The notes under the pieces are model-generated. The model ran no database searches. It was given only the letters and a program-made list of their open reading frames with translations, and had not been told where the DNA came from. Position numbers and translations under genes: made by a program. Of a DNA stretch of 64,000 bases, positions 16,069 through 24,317 are shown piece after piece (the stretch's first letter is position 1; every line of letters begins with the position of its first letter). This DNA is from a virus, in the IMG/VR virus record IMGVR_UViG_3300028584_000320, positions 1,001 to 65,000 of that record; one strand, 5' to 3'.

Positions 16069-16646
16069 TAGGCGACCCCTTCGCTTAGAGGTGGTGGAGT
16101 CGTTTCCAACTTCTCGACGAAGTTCTGGAGAGCGTCCCAGTCCTCGCTTATGGCGAGGTCGAAGACAGGGATGTTGTGGCTGGCAGCTATGCGTATCGCT
16201 TGACCAGTTCCACCAGATCCACTGCCGTTGGGTGTCCAGCAGACGACCATGTCAGCTGGTGTTTTGCAGTCCTCACCGAGGACCTGGCAGACGTTTCGCA
16301 TATGGAGGAGACGAGCATCCCTCAAGCACGCACCCCAGTTGGGATGGTGCTTACGAGCGATGTCTTCCATGAGCTCAGTGGGCTTGATGACGCGATAGCC
16401 TTGGATAGGGCAGGTGATTGCGTTGTTAAATCCGGACCAGGGAAGAAAGATCTTCTTGTTCCTGGCTCCATGTTCAAACGCTGTATCGGCCCCTCGAGCA
16501 TGGCCTGATCGTAGAAGCCATCCACGATCAGACAGAGCTTGAGACAGATAGGTGATGGTGGAGAGAATGGCATCGGGCGTCTTGCGAGACCCGATGCCGG
16601 CATAGGTGAGGCGCTTCATCCGTGGTGTGCCCACAGGGTTAGGCAA
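16068..16646 (-). CDS. SLOG/DprA-like Rossmann-fold protein
   Basis: YAGIGSR, SGHARGAD, WTP...GGTGQA motifs. Confidence 0.75.
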   Translation of the reverse strand: MPNPVGTPRMKRLTYAGIGSRKTPDAILSTITYLSQALSDRGWLLRSGHARGADTAFEHGARNKKIFLPWSGFNNAITCPIQGYRVIKPTELMEDIARKHHPNWGACLRDARLLHMRNVCQVLGEDCKTPADMVVCWTPNGSGSGGTGQAIRIAASHNIPVFDLAISEDWDALQNFVEKLETTPPPLSEGVA

Positions 16647-16860
16647 CCAGGATGCGCTGGGTGATCACCGGCATAGCCGAAAGGACCGGCAGCCAGATAA
16701 TGATCAGGCCCGCTGCCATGCCCAGGGACACGTAGCGAGTCGCCTTATGGGCACGGCCGGCACTGAGAGCGGAGAAGAACAGCATCCCACTCATGAAGGG
16801 TGGAATGACGCAGCAAGCGACCAACAGGATGTAGGTCACAGTCTCGATCGAGATGTGCAT
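16639..16860 (-). CDS. small membrane protein (2 TM)
   Basis: Start reassigned to ATG 16860 after GAAGGA SD; two hydrophobic segments. Confidence 0.65.
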   Translation of the reverse strand: MHISIETVTYILLVACCVIPPFMSGMLFFSALSAGRAHKATRYVSLGMAAGLIIIWLPVLSAMPVITQRILVA

Positions 16861-16870
16861 TGGGTAGTCC

Positions 16871-16896
16871 TTCAGGATGTGGAGCCTTTGGCTCTC
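16871..16896 (-). promoter_or_regulatory. hairpin + CATCCTGAA element
   Basis: GAGCC-AAA-GGCTC-CA-CATCCTGAAGGACTACCCA-ATG. Confidence 0.65.
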
Positions 16897-16906
16897 TTGG
16901 GCAGAC

Positions 16907-17119
16907 TTAGGCGGCTTCTTGAACCAGGTCCTTGGGCGCATCCTCGGTCTTGATGACCTTGCAGATGTAGGGGTTGTTTTTGAAGGCCAGCTGAATGTGG
17001 TCTTCGGGGCAATCGCCCCAGCCAGGGACCATGTCCAGAGCCACTTCGAAGGTGATCAGCACCTTCTTGGTGCAGGGTCCGAAGCTGTATTGGTTCGTAT
17101 TCTCAATCAGATGAGACAT
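16907..17119 (-). CDS. hypothetical protein
   Basis: 70-aa ORF with GAAGGA SD. Confidence 0.7.
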   Translation of the reverse strand: MSHLIENTNQYSFGPCTKKVLITFEVALDMVPGWGDCPEDHIQLAFKNNPYICKVIKTEDAPKDLVQEAA

Positions 17120-17130
17120 GTGGGTATTCC

Positions 17131-17158
17131 TTCAGGATGACGGGGCTTAGGCCCTCGT
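17131..17158 (-). promoter_or_regulatory. hairpin + CATCCTGAA element
   Basis: ACG-A-GGGC-CTAA-GCCC-CGT-CATCCTGAA; same bulged stem as 14337 with compensatory changes. Confidence 0.7.
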
Positions 17159-17200
17159 ATGGGGAATGGTGTGGCTTAGCTTTGGCTCGGAGTCGAGCGT

Positions 17201-17425
17201 CTAGCGACGGATGCTAAAGCCGTGACGGATGATGGTGATCGTCCCGAGGACGATGGCATTGGCGAACAGCAGGCAGGCAACGCCGAAAGCAAGCATGCCG
17301 AAGCTGTAGACCAGCATTTCGTATTTAGGCTCGATGGTGGAGGACGCTTTGTAGCTGACCCAGGCGAAGCCAGTCAGGAACAGGGCGACGTAGGTCGAGA
17401 GCATGATGGATGCGAGACGAGACAT
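17201..17425 (-). CDS. small membrane protein (2 TM)
   Basis: Two long hydrophobic segments; preceded by ATCCC-AAA-GGGAT-CATCCTG-ATG. Confidence 0.7.
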   Translation of the reverse strand: MSRLASIMLSTYVALFLTGFAWVSYKASSTIEPKYEMLVYSFGMLAFGVACLLFANAIVLGTITIIRHGFSIRR

Positions 17426-17450
17426 CAGGATGATCCCTTTGGGATTGTTG

Positions 17451-17744
17451 TTAGGCAGTTGCCCAGGGTGTGCGACCGGGTTTTGGATCGCCCATTAGGA
17501 GACGAGTCACGGACTTCTTCGGGGTAGCCCGATCATTGTCGTTCCGTGAGAACTCGATGGAGTACTGGCCTCGGCTTTCACCATTAGGAAGGCGAGTGAG
17601 CTTGTCGAGGATGGGCACTTCGGAGCGTCTTTTAGATCCGCGTTTGTAGAACGCAACATTACGCTCTTGGCAAGATAGTTCGTAGTCGTAGCTCATGAGG
17701 TCTACTCCAGTAGACATGAGTTGAGGATAGGTTGAGCTGTACAC
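17451..17744 (-). CDS. hypothetical protein
   Basis: 97-aa ORF; true start may be MSYDYEL. Confidence 0.55.
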   Translation of the reverse strand: MYSSTYPQLMSTGVDLMSYDYELSCQERNVAFYKRGSKRRSEVPILDKLTRLPNGESRGQYSIEFSRNDNDRATPKKSVTRLLMGDPKPGRTPWATA

Positions 17745-17815
17745 CAGTGGATGGTGAGCAGGTGTGTTTACCTGACAGTGCGTGGACTGTCTTTAGGCAA
17801 GGGATAGTCCCCCGC

Positions 17816-18127
17816 CTAAGCGGGGGACTTGTTGAGGGAATCGACGATTTCTTGGATACGATCAGCCCTGGTAGGATTCTTAGAGATATACTCACTAAGA
17901 GTGTCCTCAGCCTTGATGATACGCATAGCAACGCTGGAGCTGAGCTCAGCTTTGAAGCCATTCTTATTGGCTTCGATGGTCTGGGTTTGCTCCCAGTGCG
18001 CATTGTCAGCGAAAGAGTTGAGCATCTTTGCGCCAGTACCGACAGCACCGATGAGTGATGTAGCGGTAGATGCGACCTCATTGACGGTCGAGAGTAGTGC
18101 AGCAGCAGTAACGCGGGCGTTAGCCAT
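17816..18127 (-). CDS. first early gene (N4 gp1-like)
   Basis: ATG 18127 after GGAGAA SD; ALLSTVNEVA..A..LIGAVGTGAKMLNSF resembles recalled N4 gp1; directly follows a hairpin promoter. Confidence 0.6.
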   Translation of the reverse strand: MANARVTAAALLSTVNEVASTATSLIGAVGTGAKMLNSFADNAHWEQTQTIEANKNGFKAELSSSVAMRIIKAEDTLSEYISKNPTRADRIQEIVDSLNKSPA

Positions 18128-18158
18128 TGTAGTTCTCCATGTATATGGGTGAGAGTTC

Positions 18159-18179
18159 TCCATAGCCGCGTAAGCGGCT
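18159..18179 (-). promoter_or_regulatory. putative virion-RNAP hairpin promoter (Pe1-like)
   Basis: Template strand TCC-AT-AGCCGC-GTAA-GCGGCT; TCC offset resembles the recalled N4 promoter TCCAAAAGAAGCGGAGCTTC. Confidence 0.65.
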
Positions 18180-18204
18180 TAGTTTATGGGGGGTGGGTTG
18201 ATTT

Positions 18205-18244
18205 GTGTTAGTGTTAAGACCCCGGGGGGGTAGTGTTAGTGTTA
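18205..18244. repeat. direct repeat GTGTTAGTGTTA x2 within G-runs
   Basis: Copies at 18205-18216 and 18233-18244. Confidence 0.8.
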
Positions 18245-18527
18245 GGGGGGCATAGCCCCCAGTGTACTGCTACAGCACACAGCTAACGGTTTTCTTGTAC
18301 TGCGGCTGTTCGAGCCAGCACACAACAAACACTTTTCTGCGCACTGCGATCGCTAAACTAGCGCTCACCAACAGCTTTTCCCCTGTGACGGGAAAAGTTA
18401 CGCGCTCGATATAAATGTACAGATCAACCGTTCATCATATAAAAATGAGCCGCATTGCGCATGTTGAGATATAAGTTTGAGGAAGCTTAACCAGCTCAAC
18501 TGGCAGTGTTAGTTATACCGATGTTCG

Positions 18528-19019
18528 ATGAATACTCTATCTAAGCGTCTGCGACCCAATGTTGAGGAGCACTCCTTTGAGTTGAAGCGGTCTCTTGGCG
18601 GACAGTTAATCCGTCATATGGCCCTTAGCCGTCGCTTAAGCGTAGGTGACATGGACACCATGTTTGTCCTGTCGGTGCTCATTATCAGGATGGGGGGAGA
18701 ACCCCTGCAATCTAAGGGGAGATCGGCTGGTTCCCCAGCTGATGAGATCGGTCCGATCCCCATGCTGCCTGTCAGCATCCAGTTCATAGCTCGAGCCACG
18801 GGTATTCCGCGGGAGACTGTCCGTCGGAAGGTCAATCAGCTGGTTCAGATTGGCTGGGTCGAGAGGATCGATGGGGGAACCAAGTTAGGGCTCACTCCCC
18901 TGGGCTACAGAGATAGCCTGCCCATACGGGACTCTTGGATCGACCTGGTGGTGGATAATTACCTGGCGGTTGACAGGTTGCTGACCCGTAAAAGGCAGAG
19001 CGATTCTTCTACCTATTAG
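18528..19019 (+). CDS. winged-HTH transcriptional regulator (Crp/MarR-like C-terminal HTH)
   Basis: SIQFIARATGIPRETVRRKVNQLVQIGWVER HTH plus wing. Confidence 0.8.
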   Translation: MNTLSKRLRPNVEEHSFELKRSLGGQLIRHMALSRRLSVGDMDTMFVLSVLIIRMGGEPLQSKGRSAGSPADEIGPIPMLPVSIQFIARATGIPRETVRRKVNQLVQIGWVERIDGGTKLGLTPLGYRDSLPIRDSWIDLVVDNYLAVDRLLTRKRQSDSSTY

Positions 19020-19336
19020 AGAAGCCCATATTGGGCGCCTTCTATTGCGAGAGCTACCTTGGGTCCGTAGAGCCACCCGGGTTCTCTGCAGGGGTGTATA
19101 AAATAGGAGGAACCAGACAGAACACACAGAGCTTCCCGGGGGACAGGTAAAGAACCCCGAATGTCATTGTGCGTTCTGCTGGTTCCCCCGACTCTTATAG
19201 AGAACGAGGCCGTGGGCTCCCTACCAGCGATTTACCCCAAACCATCCTGAAGAGAGGGGGGTAGCGCTGGTCCCGCTCGCGAGAGACGGAAGCCTTATAG
19301 AGGTAACTTAGGGGAATGTCTCTCTGGTCATTGCCC

Positions 19337-19378
19337 AAAAAGAAAAGCCCCATCCGGCTCATTCCGGTTGGGGCTTTT
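19337..19378. terminator. bidirectional rho-independent terminator
   Basis: AAAAGCCCCA.CCGG / CCGG.TGGGGCTTTT stem flanked by A- and T-runs. Confidence 0.75.
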
Positions 19379-19744
19379 CCATGTAGGGCATCCAGGGCAG
19401 GAGGAACGACCCTGATCTATCTACTGCGAGTGTTATATCCCCACCGCTCGCTGGGGTCATGACTAACAAGCATCACTTACGCCGACCGCACAGGTCGAGA
19501 TCAGTGTTGGGCTAATAGAGCCGCTGAGTAAACACTCTAGTTATATTGGGGGAGTTCCCATTATTACCCTGGTCCTAAACCCCCTACGTAGTAGGGGTTT
19601 AGACAATAGCCGGGTCTGATCCGTTTTATTCCTAAGGAATCGGATCTGTCGGGTAGTACGGGTACTTGCGCAAAAGCGATATAGGACCTAGAGGCTAATC
19701 TGTAAAGCGTCCAAGTCGAGACGCCATCCTGATAGGTAAAACAG

Positions 19745-20242
19745 ATGAGCCATAGAGAGAACCCTATCGTACCGACAGTGGGGCGGACTGTATTGGTTAG
19801 AGGAACGCACGTTCATTCCCTGGATCCGCACCGGGAAATGCCTGCGATTGTTACGGAGGTGATCGACAAGAACACTCTGACGGTCGAAGTGTTTGGTAGG
19901 GGCCGAGAAGCGAACTTGATCCTGGACGCGGATTACCGACCCAATCTGGGTCTCCCTATTGTGGGGGCAGGCTGGCGGTGGATGGATTACCAGGTCCAAC
20001 AGGGCGCGAAGGCGGTCACGCCTGAGAAGGTGTCCGACGTGTCGACGCCCCTTAGCCGGCTGCAAGACGAGCTCCATGACCTGAGCACCAGGTTCACTGC
20101 CCTTGGTAATTTCCTTGGTTCGGCTGGCTTTAGGGCTCTGTCCATGACCCGCCAGGACCTGCTCGGTGCCCAGCACTCAGCCATGCAGGTCTACCGGAGC
20201 ATCCTCCTTCAGCGGACCCAGCTGCTGACAGCCGAGGCCTGA
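19745..20242 (+). CDS. hypothetical protein (beta-rich N-domain + helical C-domain)
   Basis: 165-aa ORF, first gene of the plus-strand block, preceded by hairpin + CATCCTGA. Confidence 0.75.
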   Translation: MSHRENPIVPTVGRTVLVRGTHVHSLDPHREMPAIVTEVIDKNTLTVEVFGRGREANLILDADYRPNLGLPIVGAGWRWMDYQVQQGAKAVTPEKVSDVSTPLSRLQDELHDLSTRFTALGNFLGSAGFRALSMTRQDLLGAQHSAMQVYRSILLQRTQLLTAEA

Positions 20243-20319
20243 GCACACACGGAACGCTAAGTTTCCGGCGTGAGTCGGGAACTGAGACCCAACCCAACGA
20301 CAACATAAGGCGTCCTGAT

Positions 20320-20691
20320 ATGAACCAGACCTCTCTCTTTCCTCCCACTGAAGCCGAACTGAAGGAGCGTTCAATTGCTCCTCGTGTGACGCTCGACGCG
20401 CTTAATGCGAACATCGCCTGCGTGAACTACATCAATGTGGGCGATGCGGTCTGCAAGTCGAACCAGCCTGATCACGTCAGCCACCATCTGCTGACGATCT
20501 GCGTCATCGTTCTCAAGAACGGATTCACCGTCACCGGCGAGAGCGCCTGCGCCAGCCTGGAGAACTACCAGCAGGACATTGGTGAGCGGATCGCGTTCGA
20601 GAATGCCAAGAACAAGATCTGGCCGCTAATGGGCTACGCTCTGAAGGAGCAGCTGCTCCTGGTCAACGAAGTGTCCGAGGTTGAAGCCTGA
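20320..20691 (+). CDS. Gp49/Sf6 gp66 family phage protein
   Basis: TICVIVLKNGFTVTGESACAS.ENY...IGERIA...A..KIWPLMGY signature. Confidence 0.85.
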   Translation: MNQTSLFPPTEAELKERSIAPRVTLDALNANIACVNYINVGDAVCKSNQPDHVSHHLLTICVIVLKNGFTVTGESACASLENYQQDIGERIAFENAKNKIWPLMGYALKEQLLLVNEVSEVEA

Positions 20692-20987
20692 TGGCCTTCT
20701 TCCGCAAGATAGCATCGCCGGAGCGCACGTTCGAGGCCATGCGCTGGCCAGGCATCACCAGCGTATGGGCGCTCGAGGATATCCTCAAGTTTGAGAAGTG
20801 GTTTCTAAAACAGAAGTCTTACCGGCCTGAAATGGCTGAGGCCAAGTACGTAGGTGATAAACTGGTTATCAGGCCCGGCCTAACCGCTGAACCTGGTGAC
20901 TGGGTCATCTTCGGCAAGGGCTGTTTTGGCGCCAGCATTCCAGAGTTCTTCGAGGCCAACTACGAAAAGGTCGAGGTTGATCAATGA
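20691..20987 (+). CDS. hypothetical phage protein
   Basis: 98-aa ORF, A.PGDWVI...F...YE pattern. Confidence 0.7.
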   Translation: MAFFRKIASPERTFEAMRWPGITSVWALEDILKFEKWFLKQKSYRPEMAEAKYVGDKLVIRPGLTAEPGDWVIFGKGCFGASIPEFFEANYEKVEVDQ

Positions 20988-21220
20988 ACGACAACGTCAT
21001 CAACCTGGTCCGTCCTCCTGTGAACGAGGACATCATTGCCATCCTGGAGGAGCAGCTGGAAGAGGCAAGGGCCGGCAACCTCAGGGCTTTGGCCCTGTCC
21101 GTCGTAACGACTGCCGGTGAGATTGGCGGAGAAGTCTACTCAGGGGACTGCTTTGCGGTCCTCTTGGCTTCTCTGACCTGCATCCAGCACGAGATTATCG
21201 ACCAGGCCAGAGGCGCCTGA
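20984..21220 (+). CDS. hypothetical protein
   Basis: 78-aa ORF, ATGA overlap. Confidence 0.65.
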   Translation: MNDNVINLVRPPVNEDIIAILEEQLEEARAGNLRALALSVVTTAGEIGGEVYSGDCFAVLLASLTCIQHEIIDQARGA

Positions 21221-21335
21221 AACGAAAAGGCAGCCGGGGCTGCTCCGCGACCAACGGACCCCGACTGCCAAACCCATCCAAAGCACAAAGCCACCAGGAC
21301 AGAAGTGAAATATCACTCATCCTGAAGGGTTCAAA

Positions 21336-22025
21336 GTGCTTACAAAAGAATTGGTGGAGCGGGCCGTGCCCGCAAACCTCAAGAGCTCTATTACTCAGCA
21401 GTTGGTCGACAGGATCAACAACGCTGTAGGCGACCCTGTCATTGCAGATCAGGTGCGTGAGAACTTCCTAAACTACACCTCCGTGCTGCGAGACGGGAAG
21501 TTCAAGACCGAAGATTACCTGAGCGCCGTCATGTACGTGAGCTTCAAGCTCCTGGGTGACAGCAACCTGATCGCCTACACGAAGACCTTCCCTCAGCGAT
21601 ACACCGACCTGCTGGCCAAGGGCACATCGTCCAAGGACATCGCTGCTTATGTGGCGGCCTACAACAAGGGCAAGCTCGTCAACCTGGTGTTCGAGCAATC
21701 CGCGGTGCCCAGCTGGGTGCTGAACCAGCACATCTACCAGGAAGCCATCAACACCCAGTACGACCTGATGACCTCTGCCCAGTCAGAGAAGGTCCGAACT
21801 GAGGCTGCGAACTCGCTGCTGACGCATCTCAAGCGACCTGAAGCCATCAAATCCCAGATCGATATCAACCTGAAGGACTCTTCAGGCCTGACTGAGATGA
21901 AAGAAGCCATGCGTCAGATGGCTGTCCAGCAACAACAGCTCATCCAAAGCGGCGCATCAGCCAGACTGATAGCCGATTTGCCCCTCATTGAAGGCGACTT
22001 CACCGAGGTGTCTGATGACGCTTAA
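21336..22025 (+). CDS. N4 gp69-like protein (probable terminase small subunit)
   Basis: Size and position directly upstream of terL as in N4-like phages. Confidence 0.75.
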   Translation: MLTKELVERAVPANLKSSITQQLVDRINNAVGDPVIADQVRENFLNYTSVLRDGKFKTEDYLSAVMYVSFKLLGDSNLIAYTKTFPQRYTDLLAKGTSSKDIAAYVAAYNKGKLVNLVFEQSAVPSWVLNQHIYQEAINTQYDLMTSAQSEKVRTEAANSLLTHLKRPEAIKSQIDINLKDSSGLTEMKEAMRQMAVQQQQLIQSGASARLIADLPLIEGDFTEVSDDA

Positions 22026-23610
22026 GGCCCCCTTGAAGAAGCAGGAACTGGACGTATGGCTGGATGAGGTCAACTACAGCTTCCTAAACAGCCAGGAATA
22101 CCTGCCCTCAGAGTTCGCTCTGATGTTCATGAACTTCATTAAGCTGGTGAATGGTTCGACTGGGGAGTCGCATAAGACCCCTCCAGTCCACCTTGCCATG
22201 CTGGATAAGGTGGCTAATGGGGGCTCTTACATAGCCAACTTGTGCTTCCGAGGAGCCGCTAAGACCACGCTCTTCATGGAGTATTTCTGCCTGTTCATCG
22301 CTGTCATGGGCTACTTGCCGGGCTTGGGTAAGATTGATGGCATGATCTACGTCTCCGACTCGATGGAGAACGGGGTCGCCTCGGCGCGCAAGAACATTGA
22401 GTTCCGCTACAATAACAGTGAGTTCCTGCAGGAGTGGCTGCCGGGAGCCCGGTTCACCGACAAATACATCGAGTTCCAGAACAAGGATGGCCATCGGCTG
22501 GGCATCAAGATGTTCGGCGCGAAAACGGGTATCCGCGGTACGAAGATCTTCGGCAAGCGTCCTAAGCTGGCTGTGCTCGACGACCTGGTGAGCGACGACG
22601 ACAGCAAGAGCCAGGCTGCGATGCTGGCCATCAAGGACACGGTCTACAAGGGTATCAACCACGCCCTCGACCCAACCAAGCGCAAGGTCATCTTCAACGG
22701 CACGCCGTTCGGTAAAGAAGACATCCTGGTCCAGGCCGTGGAGTCGGGAGCCTGGGACGTCAACGTCTGGCCGGTCTGCGAGAAGTTCCCGTGCCCCAAG
22801 GAAGAGTTCGTCTCGGCCTGGCCTGATCGCTTCACCTACGACTATGTCCTGGAGCAGTACGAGCTGTCGGTGAAGAACGGCCAGCTGTCTTCGTTTCTGC
22901 AAGAGCTAATGCTTCGCATTACCAGCGAGGAAGAGCGCCTGGTCCAGGACGCAGAGATCCGGTGGTACAGCCGAGCCAAGCTGCTGACCAACAAGAGCTC
23001 GTTCAACTTCTACATCACCAGCGATCTGGCTACGTCCAAGAAGCAGACGGCCGACTTCACCAATCTCTCGGTGTGGGCCTACAACGCCCAGGGTGACTGG
23101 TTCTGGGTCGACGGGATCCACGAGCGCCAGACGATCGACAAGACCTGGAACGATCTGTTTCGTTTGGTTCAGATCTACCGGCCCCAGGCCGTCGGCATCG
23201 AGGTCACTGGCCAGCAGCAGGCCTACATCAAGCTGCTGCAGCTCGAGATGATGAACCGCAATGTCTGGTTCAACTTTGCCTCCAGCGAGAAGAGCGGTGA
23301 CCCGGGCATCAGGCCGATCACCGACAAGCTATCCAGGTTCAACGTGGTCGTTCCCTGGTTCAAAGCCGGCAAGATGTACTTCCCTGAGGAAATGAAGGCA
23401 TCGACTATTATTGGCTATGCCTTGGGTCAGATTAGACTGGCCACACAAAGCGGCATTAAAGGCAAAGATGATTTCTTGGACGCGATCTCTATGTTGGGGT
23501 ATCTAACGCCTTGGAAGCCTTCTGAGACACCAGCCTTAACTCATCATGATCCAATGTGGGATGATGAGGTCAGAGAAGCACCTTCTGCCCTCTCATCTTA
23601 TATTGTGTGA
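22015..23610 (+). CDS. terL: terminase large subunit (N4 gp68-like)
   Basis: Walker A-like RGAAKTT, Walker B AVLDD, C-terminal nuclease DLATS and DDFLDA; start moved to ATG 22015. Confidence 0.92.
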   Translation: MTLKAPLKKQELDVWLDEVNYSFLNSQEYLPSEFALMFMNFIKLVNGSTGESHKTPPVHLAMLDKVANGGSYIANLCFRGAAKTTLFMEYFCLFIAVMGYLPGLGKIDGMIYVSDSMENGVASARKNIEFRYNNSEFLQEWLPGARFTDKYIEFQNKDGHRLGIKMFGAKTGIRGTKIFGKRPKLAVLDDLVSDDDSKSQAAMLAIKDTVYKGINHALDPTKRKVIFNGTPFGKEDILVQAVESGAWDVNVWPVCEKFPCPKEEFVSAWPDRFTYDYVLEQYELSVKNGQLSSFLQELMLRITSEEERLVQDAEIRWYSRAKLLTNKSSFNFYITSDLATSKKQTADFTNLSVWAYNAQGDWFWVDGIHERQTIDKTWNDLFRLVQIYRPQAVGIEVTGQQQAYIKLLQLEMMNRNVWFNFASSEKSGDPGIRPITDKLSRFNVVVPWFKAGKMYFPEEMKASTIIGYALGQIRLATQSGIKGKDDFLDAISMLGYLTPWKPSETPALTHHDPMWDDEVREAPSALSSYIV

Positions 23611-23619
23611 GCCAGACAC

Positions 23620-24315
23620 ATGGACGTCACTGAACTGTATCGTCGACTCGCACTTGGTGAGCTTTCCAACCTGGCCATGGCAGAGGGAGGTGTGATCTCC
23701 GAGACCAAGAAGGCAACGGTGATCCTTCACGCCAACGAGGCGCTCAACCATCTGCACATTCGCTTCCTGCTGAAGGAAGCCACGCTCATTGTCGAACAGA
23801 GCACAGACCGGACCAACTATCCGCTGGATAGCCGCTATGCGATGACGAACGTGGACGTGGGCAACACTCTGCCGCGGTTCATCAATGATCTGAGCAAGCC
23901 CTTCACTGACGACGTCATCAAGGCGATGTCTGTTTATGACGGCACCGGCGACAAGCTCCCAATGAACGACCCCAACGCTTTCAACAGCGTCTTCACGCCG
24001 CTGCCGGCAGTCCTGCAGGTTCCTCACCCCAGCGAGGACCAGCCACTCGGTGTGGTCTACCAGGCAGCACACCCCAAGCTTTCAGTCTCCACCCCTGCTC
24101 AGGTGCTGGAGTTGCCTGAGTTCTTCTCAGGAGCGCTGACTGCGTACATCGCTTACAAAGTGTTCTGTCAGATGAACACGCAAGAGAACACTGCAAAAGG
24201 GGCCGAGCATCTTCGGACATACGAGTCAATTTGCATTGAAGCGGCGGAACAAGACTTGGTAACTACCTACGTGTCTGCGGCTAGCACTCGCTTTGCAAAC
24301 AATGGTTGGGTCTAG
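23620..24315 (+). CDS. virion head-tail adaptor protein (N4 gp67-like)
   Basis: 231 aa, synteny after terL, LALGELSNL N-terminus. Confidence 0.75.
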   Translation: MDVTELYRRLALGELSNLAMAEGGVISETKKATVILHANEALNHLHIRFLLKEATLIVEQSTDRTNYPLDSRYAMTNVDVGNTLPRFINDLSKPFTDDVIKAMSVYDGTGDKLPMNDPNAFNSVFTPLPAVLQVPHPSEDQPLGVVYQAAHPKLSVSTPAQVLELPEFFSGALTAYIAYKVFCQMNTQENTAKGAEHLRTYESICIEAAEQDLVTTYVSAASTRFANNGWV

Positions 24316-24317
24316 GT

